Source: Eledone cirrhosa
Lineage: Eukaryota
Assembly (NCBI GenBank): GCA_964016885.1
Contig: OZ024740.1
Coordinates: 242,916,001-242,980,000, forward strand
Reading direction: 5' to 3'
DNA length: 64,000 bases
Part shown: positions 12,616 to 25,711 of the stretch, piece by piece
Position numbering within the stretch: the first letter of the stretch is position 1
How the letters are laid out: each line of letters starts with the position of its first letter
The notes under the pieces: generated by a model
Told to the model about the DNA's origin: nothing
The model's input: only the letters and a program-made list of their open reading frames with translations
The model's database searches: none
Made by a program: the position numbers and the translations under genes

Positions 12616-12697
12616 TATAACTATATTCTGCTACCACAAGTATCAAGTATTCTGTTCCAAACTGATTCCATCCTCATTTATATATATATATATATAT

Positions 12698-13076
12698 CCG
12701 GGAGCTTCCAACAGAAATGGTCGCATTCTTTAAAGGTATGTCAATATTTATTTATAAAACTGCTCTATATTATATTTTATCTTATGGCGGTGAATTGGCA
12801 GTATCGGTAGAGGGTTGGACGCCATGCTTTCTAGCATAGTTACGTCCCTTTACAATCTGAGTTCAAATCCCGCCGAGGTTAACTTTGCCTTTCATCCTTA
12901 CGGGGTCGATAAAATAAAGTACCAGTAATGTACTGGGTAATTGCTGGCCTTGTGCCTAAAGTAGAAACAATTATATTTTATCTTATGAAAGCACACCATA
13001 ATTTAACTTGGTGTCCTTGAAATATGTATAATGAAATAAATATGGTTTTATAAATATAGTTTCCATTTGTTAATAT
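12698..13076 (+). mobile_element. Penelope-like terminal fragment (paralog of 50910-51086) split by a SINE
   Basis: Matches the reverse complement of 50910-51086 once 12786-12986 is removed; hammerhead-like core and AATAAA; (TA)n flanks. Confidence 0.6.
12786..12969 (+). mobile_element. Meta-like SINE, full length
   Basis: 17-bp TSD ATTATATTTTATCTTAT at 12769 and 12970. Confidence 0.9.
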
Positions 13077-13507
13077 ATCGTATATATATATCCTAAACGG
13101 ACGTTAGTCCGTTTAGTAATATTGTTGTGGTCGTGTTTTCGTTGGCAATCGTCTGTTTACGACAGTACAGCGCGGCTCTACTTTATTTAACTGAGATAAA
13201 ACTTATATGAGCATGAACAGTAGATCATTACGCATCTTTTGGCTTAAAAATCTAGAAATTTGGTCCAGCGGGAAAAAGTTTATAATCAAAGTTTGCTGAT
13301 ATATCTTGTGTTCAAGTGAGTGAGTAGTAAGCGTGACGCTAGGGGAGGTAATCCAGAAATGACGTAGCTTTGTCATTAAGCCAGTTGCCTCAACTAGATT
13401 GCAATTATACTCAAAAGAACTTTAAAATGTCAATCACTTGTCAGTAATTCACTATGATCATTTAATTATTAGATAGTTGTTGCTTGCATTGCCTTAAAAA
13501 ATAGTAG

Positions 13508-14534
13508 ACCAGATAGAAAAATGCGTACAGCAAAAAAAAGTAATATTGTTGGAATATAATCCTTTAAAAATACAGGACAAGAAACTAAAATAAAACTTTA
13601 AAAGAATAGGACAAGAAACTAAAATAAAACTTTAAAGAATTGGACAAGAAATAAAAAATTTTACAATAATATTAGTGGCAAAATTTTTTTATTCGTTTCC
13701 TGTGCTATGCCCCAGTATCTTCTTGATTAGTGCATAATAATTGTCATGCTCTCATTGTGCGTTGCCCCTGAGCGGTTGGTTCTGGTTGGGGTTGGTTGGC
13801 TGAGCAGTTCTGCTCCGTCAGAATGACCATTGCAAGAAGAATTGGCCGATGCAGCTGCAGGTCTCCTCCAAGAATGCACTTCTGGTCCCGCAACACCAGA
13901 CGAAGATGGAGAAGACGACCGGGACAAGATGTCGACTCTGACCACCGACTACGGCACCTCCCTCAAACACCGGTCCTCCCTCCCTCTGTCCCGTCATCCC
14001 TCCAGTCCTCCTGTTCCCCCTTCCTGTACCAGAAAGCTGTGGCACGCATTCATCTGGACTGCCGGACTTGAACTCAAGGACAAGATGCAAGGAGAAGATG
14101 GACGGGTTGGTCAAGATCAAGGATGAGCGGGACGACAAGACCGTCCGCTGCTGTTCAAGATCTGTGCTCATGGGCCCATGGGTCCATTCACATTATGCAT
14201 GACACATGAGGCGTGTCGCCGAATGATGAAATAGGGGTATGGTTATGGCCCAATTGGTGTTCAAACCAGGATCAAATGATCCCCCGGTCTGACGACGACC
14301 TCTGAATGTGGAACCCAGAGCCTATGAATGTGGAACTCGATTTTTTACCAATAAAAATTTTGCCAGTAATATTATTGTAAAATGTTTTTATTTCTTGTCC
14401 AATTATTTAAAGTTTTATCTTAGTTTCTTGTCCTATTCTTTTAAAGTTTTATTTTAGTTTCTTGTCCTGTATTTTCAAAGGTTTATATTCCAACAATATT
14501 ACTTTTTTTTGCTGTACGCATTTTTCTATCTGGT
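13508..14534. mobile_element. Non-autonomous DNA transposon with about 180-bp TIRs and GC-rich cargo (superfamily uncertain, possibly CMC/EnSpm-like)
   Basis: ACCAGATAGAAAAATGCGTACAGC.. / ..GCTGTACGCATTTTTCTATCTGGT; three about 34-bp subterminal repeats GGACAAGAAAcTAAAA in each arm. Confidence 0.85.
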
Positions 14535-14559
14535 ATATATATATATACATATATATATT

Positions 14560-14643
14560 ATCATCATCATCATCATCATCATCATCATTTTACGTCAACT
14601 TTTCCCTGCTTGCAAGGGTGGGACGGGAACTGATTCTGGCTGA
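14560..14643 (-). mobile_element. Short SINE/RTE-tail fragment
   Basis: Reverse complement GCCAGAATCAGTTCCCGTCCCACCCTTGCAAGCAGGG..(GAT)n; same junction as 53273-53345. Confidence 0.75.
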
Positions 14644-14659
14644 TATGTATATATATATA

Positions 14660-15225
14660 TCATCATCATCATCATCATCGTTTAACGTCCATCTTCCACG
14701 CTTGCATGGGTTTGGACGGGAGTTTTCCCACTTGAGGCAAGGGTGGTTGTCTTGCTCGCATAGGACTGTCTGGCGGGTTTTCTACGGCTGGATGCCCTTC
14801 CTAACACCAACCACGTTTACAGTGTGGACTGGGAGGTTTTTACCGTGTTACATACACGGCCACATTACAGCGTGGACTGTGTGTTTTTTTTGTCGTGACA
14901 CCTACACGACCTCATTTGTTTCGGACTGGATGTTGTGGTACCAACATAACTTTACATTGAAAGGGGTGGTGTGGATGGGGTGGGGGTAGTGGGACGGGGT
15001 GTATTTTGTTAGAGGTGCCTACTGACTGTAGTAGGTTTCACTTTGTACTTAGGTAAGGCGGATCTTCTGTATTACTGTGTAGCGCCAACGATCTCAGTCC
15101 AGTGACATTGTCTTGGAGAGGTGTAAGTGTGTGAGGTCGGAATTTATCAAGTCGTCCCAGGTTTTTCTGGGTCTGCCTACTCCGTGGCTACCGTCTATTT
15201 TTATTGCCCTGCACTTTTTTATACA
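14660..15225 (-). mobile_element. RTE LINE 3' end with long 3'UTR (subfamily also at 32043-32509 and 53845-54274)
   Basis: Minus-strand GVGRPRKTWDDLINSDL, 3'UTR with GGTTGGTGTTAGGAAGGGCATCCAGC, (GAT)n tail; (TA)n on both sides. Confidence 0.85.
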
Positions 15226-15231
15226 ATATAT

Positions 15232-15310
<79 letters not shown>

Positions 15311-15312
<2 letters not shown>

Positions 15313-15640
15313 CGTTTCTGAATTTGTTTAGCAAGATTCTTTATCTGAAAACGTGTGTTGAAACCGATATTGTTATGCTTTGGGAGGGTCATGTTGCCAA
15401 TAAGAAACACACGCACCAGTTGCTTTCACTTCAATTTATTATAAATTAAATTTATATATTTAGGAATTTATAAATTTCCGGTTGGTTGGTTGGTTCGTTC
15501 CACAACCAGACGATTGCTCATATATTGTCAAAGTTCTTTCGTCACACATTCTGTGACCTTTTCAGTGACTGGCGATTCTTTTCTTTGTTTTTGTGCCTCT
15601 CCTTTGTTCTGTCCTACACCATCTTGTTTTTGTGTTATAT
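15311..15640. repeat. (TA)n-embedded repeats: 15311-15446 (near-identical copy at 52924-53060) and a PLE-like end with hammerhead-like motif (15527-15569, minus)
   Basis: TTCGTTTCTGAATTTGTTTAGCA..GGGAGGGTCATG shared; GTCA-CTGAAAA-G-GTCACA GAATG TGTGAC-GAAA-GAAC-TT-TGAC. Confidence 0.65.
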
Positions 15641-15744
15641 ATATATATATATATTCGTCCCACCCTTGCTAGCAGGGCAGACTGGACGTAAAATGATGAT
15701 GATGATGATGATGATGATGATATACATGTATATATATATACAGG

Positions 15745-17746
15745 TAGGAGATGATGATAGGCAAAGTAGAGTAGGCATTGTATTAGCTGAGAATTGGATA
15801 GGTTAAGTAACAGAGATAGAGTAAATGGCAGAATTATCAAACTTGGAACAGTCATAAGCAATAAAATGACAACAGTTATCTCAACTTATGTGCCACAGTC
15901 AGGATTAAGTAAAGAGCAAACAGATCATTTCTATGAAGACCTCCTACAGATAACTTCAATAACAGATAACAAAAACTTCATCATCCTGGCTTGTTAGGCA
16001 GAACCGAGATGGTTACATTGATGTGCATGGTGGTAGGAAACCAGCGAAACATTTGATCACCTACCAATCAGGCAAACACACAAGCCAGATTGATTTTTTC
16101 TCATTAGAAAATGGGATAGACGGATGGTTATAAACACAAGGTCCTTTCCTGGAGAAGAATGCACATCTCAACATAAGTTAGCTATCAAAACGTCAAAATA
16201 AGTACAAGACAAACTTGGAAATGCAGGAAAATCTGCTAACTAAAAGACCTCTCTGTTAAAAATAATTTCAGATAGGCTCTACATGATGCATACATTAAGA
16301 AGAAGGAGGGGATAGGCATATGATTCAACAGCGGGACCAATTGAAGGCATTAATCATTACAGGGTGAACTCATGTATGTATTCTATGCCATCACAATCTT
16401 TCTCTCCTACATGAGATTCTCAGATAATATCTATCAATCTTTCATTTCTGTGGTACCTATCAGTCACACTCCTCTGCAAGTTTGGATCCACCAAGGATCC
16501 ATCCTTAGCCCTCTCCTGTTTATTATCGTCCTCAAGGCTATTACAGAAGAGTTTAAAACAGAATGCACTTGGGAACTTCTATATGCTAATGATCTAACTC
16601 TCATAGCTGAATTTACTGTCAGAAATAGAAAAAAAATTCCTGACCTGGAATCAAAGGGTCTTAAAGTCAACTTAGCAAAGACTAAAGTCTTACTAAGTAG
16701 AAAGGAAAACAAGGCCCAGACACCATCAGAGAAATGGAAAAGGGTGGGTAGAAAACCCATCCTCTGACCCAAATGCAAATTATGACCAAATTAGCAGTGG
16801 AGGTAGGTGTTCCAAAAGACAATAGCCAGAGTGAGAATGGGATGGAAAAGGTTCAGGCAGCTACTACCACTGCTAACTACAAAAGGTTTTTTCTTCAAAA
16901 TGAAGGGCAGACTGTATGATGCATGTATATGAACAGGAATGTTGCATGATAGTGAGACCTGGGTGTGTGTGCATAGAATCTGTGAAGATTGGAAAAAATG
17001 AAGCTTGCATGCTTTAATGGATGTGTAATAGTAATATACATGAATGACAAAGCATAAATGAACTAAGAGAGAAACTAGGCATAAGAAGGATCAGATGCAG
17101 AGTGCAGGAGATGAGATTGTGTTGGTATAGACATGTGATGTGTATGAAGAAAGATAGCTGTAGAAAAAGGTACAGAGCACTGAAAGTTGATAGAAGCCTT
17201 GGAGTGGGTAGACCGAGGAAGACTTGGGATGAGATGATAAAAGCTGACCTTGCACAATTGCATCTGTCAAAGGTGGTGATGCATTATGCAGTAATGCAAA
17301 GAATTGCCTTCCCAGGTTGAAGCAAACATCTAGATGCACCACATTCTCCCCCCTCCCCCCTTCCATACACCTTCCACATCCTAACACTCCACGCTCCACT
17401 CATGTCTTAACACTCCACCCTAGATTTACTTTTTTAATTCCTATGCTACATTCATATATCTCCCCTACTCCAGCCATTAGTCCATGCTGTAAAGTGTTCA
17501 TGCTGGTGACACAACAAAAATCACCCAGTCCACATTGTAAAATGGTTGTGTGGGTGTCACAAAAAGCGCCAGCCCACACTCTAAGTTTGGCTGGTGTTAG
17601 GAAGGGCATTCAGCTGTAGATACCAAGCCATGAACAGTTCTGTATGAGCAAGACATGGTCATCTGATCTGACTTGTCTCACAACAGGACAACTTTTCTAA
17701 CCCATGCTAATGTGGAAAAATGGACATTAAATGGTGATGATGATGA
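15745..17746 (+). mobile_element. Decayed RTE LINE (APE endonuclease remnant, RT, 3'UTR)
   Basis: VISTYVPQSG, QIDF, IHQGSILSPLLF, ELLYANDL, GRPRKTWDE; many stops; (GAT)n tail. Confidence 0.85.
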
Positions 17747-17767
17747 TATATATATATTATATATATA

Positions 17768-18146
17768 AGCATGGCTTAGTGGTTAGAGTATTGGCCTTGC
17801 AATCGAAAGGCTGTGAGTTCAATTCTCAGACCGGGTGATGTGTTGTTTCCTTGAGCAAGACACTTTATTTCACATTCCTCCAGTTTACTCAGCTGTAGAA
17901 ATGAGATGATAGGGACTGGGGTCCCTATCATTCCACCGTAAAGTGGACATGTAGGCGCCATGGAAAAAAGCACCCAGCACTCACTCTAAATGAGGTTGGT
18001 GTTAGGAAGGGCATCCAGCAGTAGAAATCAAGCCAGAATCACTTCCTGTATGAGCAAGACAAGTTCAGCCGACTGGACACTGCCCACAACAGGACAACCC
18101 GTCTAACCCATGCTAGTGTGAAAGAACGGACGTAAAACGGTGATGA
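17768..18146 (+). mobile_element. tRNA-headed CORE-like SINE with RTE tail
   Basis: A-box TGGCTTAGTGG, B-box GAGTTCAATTCT, CORE-like CCTTGAGCAAGACACTT, RTE-type tail. Confidence 0.85.
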
Positions 18147-18752
18147 TATCATTATGATCATCATTTTACATGTGTGTGTGTTCCATTGGATTGAAAAAAA
18201 TTTTAATTTCTCTAAAGCGATATCTCTTGAAAAACATATCATGATGCTGGTAAACAGATGAAAATAGAGGACGAATGGAAAAAAAAGAGAATAAAAACCT
18301 ATTCTGAAAATTACCATTGTTATTCATAGGACAGAAGCTCTCTTTCAGTTTCTATGGCAACATATTTTGTTAAGATGTTTGGTTGCCAGGACATTTTGGA
18401 TAGCTAACTTAGCAACAGTAATGTCACCAGGATGGTTAGTTAATTGGATTTAGATATAATGAGTAATACTTGGCATTATTTATTATTTAACTCTGAACAA
18501 GTGTTGTTGGTGTGGGAGATGATCTGAGCAGTATATGCATATATATATATATATATGATGATGATGATGATGATGATGATATATACATCAACATCTGTGC
18601 ATAAAAAACATTTGTATGTCTGTCAAACTATAGCATTTATATATGTGAACATGTATGTGTATGTGCTTTTATCTAAATGTGTATATATACACACATTTAG
18701 ATAAAATATATATACTTATAAATACACATTTATATACACATGAATATAGATG

Positions 18753-18862
<110 letters not shown>

Positions 18863-19074
18863 CTGTTGATCTATATATGTGTCTGGAAGTATTTAAATAT
18901 ATGTTTGTTCACATAAAGATGAATGCACATATGTTTATACATCTTTATTTTGATGGATATTTAGATATCTACATTAACATAAATATACACATTTAGATGA
19001 AAGCTCTTACATACAAAGATACTCACATACGCATTTATCATTGTTTAACAAACATATGTTTGTATACATATGTG

Positions 19075-20190
19075 AATATAGCCTGGTGGTCGCTAAGGAA
19101 ACTAGGTGTAGCTGAATGGCTTTAGAGAGCTGTACAAGACAAAGTGAGAGGCAGCAACAAGTTCAGTGAGGTACTTAGTATGCAGGTAGGTGTTCACAAA
19201 GGCAGTTCTGAACCAACTCCTGTTCATTATAGTCCTTCATGTCATAACAGAGGAGTTTAAGAGTGGCTGTTTGTGGGAATCTCTGCATGGTGATGATCAA
19301 GTACTTATAGCTGAATCAACAGGAGATTTAGAAAAGAAATTCATGGCATTGGAGTAAAAACATGAATCAAGAGGCCTCAAAGTAAAATTTACAAAGACTA
19401 AGATTTAAGTAAATAGGAAAGAAAATAGGACACTGTTACTGGCAAAGAAATAGTTAAGCTTCATATACAGAAAAGGAATGGGAAGAAAATCCATTTGGTG
19501 TATCCAATGTAAATATGGGCTTACAAGAGACATAATGGAATTATAGGTAAATTTCATTTGTAGTAGATGCACTAAGGCAATTAGCAGTGAGAATACAAGT
19601 GCCCAACCCTAACCCTACTAACATTAATCATAGACAGCTCCCTAGTAGTGATAGCTTCCATTACTTAAGTGACATAATTAACAGTGGAGCTGGATGTTCC
19701 AAAAGCATAGTAGCAAGAGTATGAATAGGATGGAAAATTAGGAAGCTACTACCTCTGTTGGCAACAAAAAGTTTCTTTTCAGAGTAAAGGGTAAATTGTA
19801 TGATGCATGGACTTCAATGCTACATGGTAACAAGACATGGACTTTGAAAAAGATTTGCAACAGCTAGAAAGAAATGAACTAAGCATGCTCTATTAGATGT
19901 ATAATGTTGTGTATGAATGATAGCAGAACTTAGCTGAGAGAAAAACTTGATATTAAAAGAATCAGCTGTTGCGTAAAGAGAGAAGACTATGCTTGTATGA
20001 GCATGTGATGCAAATTGAAGGTGTCAGTTATATAAAGTGCTGAGCAGTTGATGTGATTGGAACTTGTAAAAGAGGAAGACAGGGAATGAAATGATGAAGG
20101 CGGATCTCAAGAACAAAAACTTCATGAAAAAGATGGCAAAGAACTGTAATGTGTAGCAACACATGGTATTTGAGAAGATCTACTCACCAG
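19075..20190 (+). mobile_element. Highly decayed RTE LINE RT region
   Basis: CAGGTAGGTGTTCACAAAGG (QVGVH.G), ACAGAGGAGTTTAAGAGTGGCTG (TEEFKSGC); colinear with the 57.4-60 kb RTE. Confidence 0.75.
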
Positions 20191-20199
20191 TGCAACAAC

Positions 20200-21300
20200 A
20201 TCCAAAATCACCCTAAGTAGATGTTTGCAGCAGATGGATTTCCTGATCAGAAAAACCTCCCCTTCCACAAGAAATAAAAACTCTTGTGCTCCTGACAGGA
20301 AATATGTTTCCTGAGGCAAGGCACAATGGTCAGTTAATAATATACTACCAAAACAATGGAGATGTTTGCCACTTTCTCCCAATCTTTCAATGAGAGTTTC
20401 CTAGGCCTATTTCTAAGTGAACCTGGCCACTCTGCTCATAACTGCTTCTCAGTTTTTCTCCACATGAAAGCCCAGATTGAACCAGACCCAGAGTACTTAA
20501 GCTGTATTTTCAGTCCAGTAACAGAAGCCACTATTGGCTGGCATGGATTTGTCTCTTCATGTCCCAAGCCGCAAGCCCTCTAACTTGTGCCAGTTTATGC
20601 CTGCTGCCATGGCTTCCTGATACTCTTCAAATATGGTGTTGACCACCTTGATACCCAAGATGTTTGACATATTGACAGTAATGTTGTTTGTGTACAGAAA
20701 GACAGCTTTCTTGTGTCCTATATTGAAGGGGATTCACCTTATCATTTCCAGCCTCAATACCAACTGTACCAGTACCAAAACATATAAGAAAGAGGAAAGC
20801 GGGGTATCAGTGATGGATCAAGAAGGCAATGTGAAGTACATCAAAAAAGTTGGCTATGTAGTTCCACCACTGAACAGATGCCATAGTACATTCAATTCTT
20901 TGACATTATCCACCTTGTAGTAATGGTTGACCATGTCATAATTGTTGAAATGATCCAAATTGATCTGCACCTGACCAAAGCTAGATCTATTCCTGATCTA
21001 CTATTTTATGTATCACATAAGATGAATGTTGTCATGGAGAGCAATGCTAGGGATTGTGCAAGTTTGAGCATTTCCAACTATACTAGCACCAATAAGCACC
21101 GAACATTAGGCAAGAACCTTTTTCAAAAACCTTAACTCTGTGTTTAGCAAAGTAATAACCCGTGAAGTATTCTGTCAAAAACCCATTGAGGTAAGCAATG
21201 AGGCCCTTTATTTTCTTTTTTTTTTTTTTTTCATAAAGAGTTTAGCAAAGAGCTGCAGAGAAATCACACAAATCTGCTTGGAATAAGAAAGCCCACACCC
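20200..21300 (-). mobile_element. Decayed Tx1/L1-like LINE RT region
   Basis: Minus strand ITLLNTEL..KVLA (about 21110-21160) and SRVA..KLSLK..VAN (about 20360-20440) match the Tx1 at 25.7-28.7 kb. Confidence 0.7.
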
Positions 21301-22231
21301 ATTGTGATCTGTCAGAGTATGAAACGATATCATTGCTATTACTCAGGCTTGTTCCCTGAAAGTGTGACTTAGTCAAAGTGATGTTTATTGTCCCTGTTTC
21401 AGCATGTGATAGCTCTTATGTTGGTCACTTGTTTGCCAATATAAACTTGGATCATCACAAATGTCTGGGATACACATTTTTGTGTTTACTGCTTGCTGTT
21501 GCCGATGATCACCACCATCCTGTAATGTCTTTTTGTCTTGATGCAATCACGACTGCAAACTAAACCTTTTCCAGGTATGTTTCCATTCCCACTGAAGTCG
21601 GTTAGGGCACACGTGCATCACTACAGTTGATATGCCAGTAGATAATGGTCCTTTATCTAATGCTGCCTACTTTTTGAAGTGAAATCATATCACCTTTAGG
21701 TATGGGATAGTATTCTTGTATCTTTTTTATATGTCTTCTTTACCTTCAAACAAATTGGTCATCCATTGACTTGTTGCAGAAGCAAAAGATAACATTATCT
21801 TTGTGGTCTCATATTTGTTGATTGATGCTGTTGTTTGTTGTTGTTTTTGTTGCTGGTACTGCTGCTGCAGTTGCAAATGTCAGTGTAAACATTCTTATCT
21901 ATCATTGGTGTGAAGTCAATATAGTAGTAGTAGCTATTTTGACTGTACCATCAATGTTTTTGATTGCTATTGTGGCAGCAGTGGTTGTTGTTGTTGTGGT
22001 GCTGTTGTTTGTTATATTTAACTATTATTGAATGATTCTCTCTATTACTCATTGAATCACCCATTACCTTACTTCTCTCTATCATAAACATTATAAGGCT
22101 ATTATTGGAATGCATGTTTTTTTAAATCAAATTAAGGATTTCTTTTAAAAACACAGATACAACAAAGATATGACTCCAGAAGCGGCATCATGAAAGAGAA
22201 AAAATACACCTCTATACTGTGGATCAGTTTC

Positions 22232-23417
<1,186 letters not shown>

Positions 23418-23669
23418 ATGATACACAACAGATGTGTGGTTTGATTCCCACATGTGGTTCAATCCACTTTTTTCCATCTCAAAGGGTACTTTACTCAATT
23501 TATTCGACTATTTTTTATAGTTATCTTCATTGTGACAATTTTTCAAAAACCAAAATGCATGATAATTGTTTCTAATAAGGCCAGAAATTTTGGAGGAAAG
23601 GATAAGTCGATTATATCACCCCCAGTTCTCTTCTGGTACTTTATTTTATTACCCCCCCCCTCCACTATA

Positions 23670-24560
23670 GGAAACTGAGACATGCACACCACACACTTCT
23701 TGGAAGTGCTTAAGCTAAAACGGTTACCCAACATCCACTGTGAACTGCATTAGAACTAGGAAACACTGCATTCAAAGCACGAACTCCACCAACAACTACT
23801 CCCTGAAGCTTCCACATTTCAGTAATGGCACAACAACAGCCATCCGCAGGGAAAGAGAAAGGCTAGACTTACAACTAACTCACTCGGAGCCCTCACTATA
23901 TGGACGACCTAGAGAACACAACAGACACTGCATGCTGGCCAAATGCCCCATCGATAACAGACATATGCCATCAAGCATACGTTATGTACAGAGTCCAGTG
24001 TGATAAATGCAACAACTTCTATATAGGTAGCACCACCAGACACCTACACATCAGGATTAAGGAAGACATTAACACTAATGCTTCCTCTTTCAAGAAACAC
24101 TTAGAGAAATGCAAAAACACCACCAAAAAAAAATAACAGCTAAGGTTGAAACAAAAGAAAGAAACCTCAGTAATCTCAGAATTAAGGAAGCATTAATCGT
24201 AACCAGAACACGCCCGAAAATCAATAATAGACTAGAACTAAGCACACAATACCAAACATAGAATTAGGCACACAACACTGAACTTAGAGGGCTACTGGAC
24301 TCTACACATAAGGGCACACATAGACCCATATACAAGCATATTATCCATGCGGGAGAAATCGTGTATATACATTCATGTGTTCACACAACTCTATCCATGC
24401 GTGTTTGCGTATTTACGTGCGTGCTTATGCACACACATGTATACATGTACATGTGTGTCAGCGTGTATTAATATATGTGTGTCTAAGCATATTTAAAGGG
24501 AAATAAGTCTGTGCCCCCTTGACCTCTCCCGACCTTAATTTTTAAAACAAAAGAGGTTGG
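23670..24560 (+). mobile_element. Penelope-like element 3' fragment (GIY-YIG endonuclease)
   Basis: YRVQCDKCNNFYIGSTTRHLHIRIKE..FKKHL; later IKEAL..P.IN. Confidence 0.8.
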
Positions 24561-24589
24561 AAAAAAAAAATAATAATAAAACCACTTCC

Positions 24590-24795
24590 GGCCAGCATGG
24601 GCTTAATACAATAAAACTGAGTGAATATCTTGAACAAATAGACTTGAAAACACAAATTGTTCTCCTACAAAAGACAATCTTTTTGAACACTATTCATATA
24701 TTCAGAAAAGTGTTTTGTGTCTAAAGTACTTGTCAAAATTCAAAAACAGTAGAAGATCCAGTAATCACCAATATTAATATTCATAATAATAATAA
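24590..24795 (+). mobile_element. R4/Dong-like LINE extreme 3' end with (TAA)n tail
   Basis: LQKTIFLNTIHIFRKV resembles IQKIVLMGTAHILRKI of 33862. Confidence 0.55.
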
Positions 24796-24965
24796 TGCTT
24801 TCTACTTTAGGCACAGGTCTAGCAATTTTGGGGGAAGCAGAAAGTCGATTAAATTGTCCCCAGTTCATTACCGGTCAAATCTCACCCAGGTTAGCTTTGC
24901 CTTTCATCCTTACGGGGATTGATAAAATAAAGTACCAGTAATACACTTTGGTGGATTTAATCGAC
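24796..24965 (-). mobile_element. Rearranged Meta-like SINE remnants
   Basis: SINE tail on minus then central domain on plus. Confidence 0.55.
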
Positions 24966-24984
24966 TTTCCACTCAGGGTGGATG

Positions 24985-25326
24985 CTGCCTTCCAGCCAGT
25001 TTGTTGAAAGGTGGGTGAGAGAGGCAAGAATGGCCTGTGTGAATGGGCCCACCCTGAGTGTGTGCCTGTAGCATCGTAGCAGGAAAACTGGAAGAGGGCG
25101 TTTGCCCTAGCGGTCAGGGAAACCGTGGCTTTTTTGTGGGCTTTTGTCACGAGCGACCCTTGGAAGTCTCCCCACTTTTGGGGAATTTTTCATTGTTTCT
25201 TTTTTTTGTCACATACTCTGTTTTTGTTTTTTACATGCAGAAATGCCCATTTGTACCATCATGTATTGTCCTGTGTTGTCCTTAATGTTATACTTTGTGT
25301 CAACCCTTGTGGTTAATAAAGAAAGC
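24985..25326 (+). mobile_element. Tx1-like LINE 3' end/UTR
   Basis: Homologous to 28360-28664, ends CCCTTGTGGTTAATAAAGAAAGC. Confidence 0.85.
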
Positions 25327-25709
25327 GGATCACCCTGCCTATCACATCATGTCCCCAGCCTTTATAGGGAGTCTGGGCTAGGTGTTTACACTCGGATACA
25401 ATGTGAGCCACAGTCTCCTCTCTCTCTCCACAGATCCTACACAGTGAGCTAGCCTCCTCCTTGTCAATATGGTGTTTCAGCCACTTTGTTCTGAGGGCTT
25501 GCTCTTGCGCAGCCATTAGCATTCCTTCTGTAGTCTTTTTAAGGTCTCCTCTTTTTAACCAGTTCCATGTCTGTGGATCTCTAAATTCAGTTTTCTTAAA
25601 GAAGGTGCTATGAAGGGATTTTTCATGAAGGTTGCTCTTCCTCCTTGTTGTTATTTCCTCCTTGGACAACCCCTGGTCTATTGTCTTCTCCTTCAGTACA
25701 ATTTTGAGC
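25327..25709 (-). mobile_element. R4/Dong LINE fragment (CCHC region)
   Basis: TEGMLMAAQEQAL.T..CRICGEREETVAHIVSEC..HD. Confidence 0.85.
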
Positions 25710-25711
25710 AA

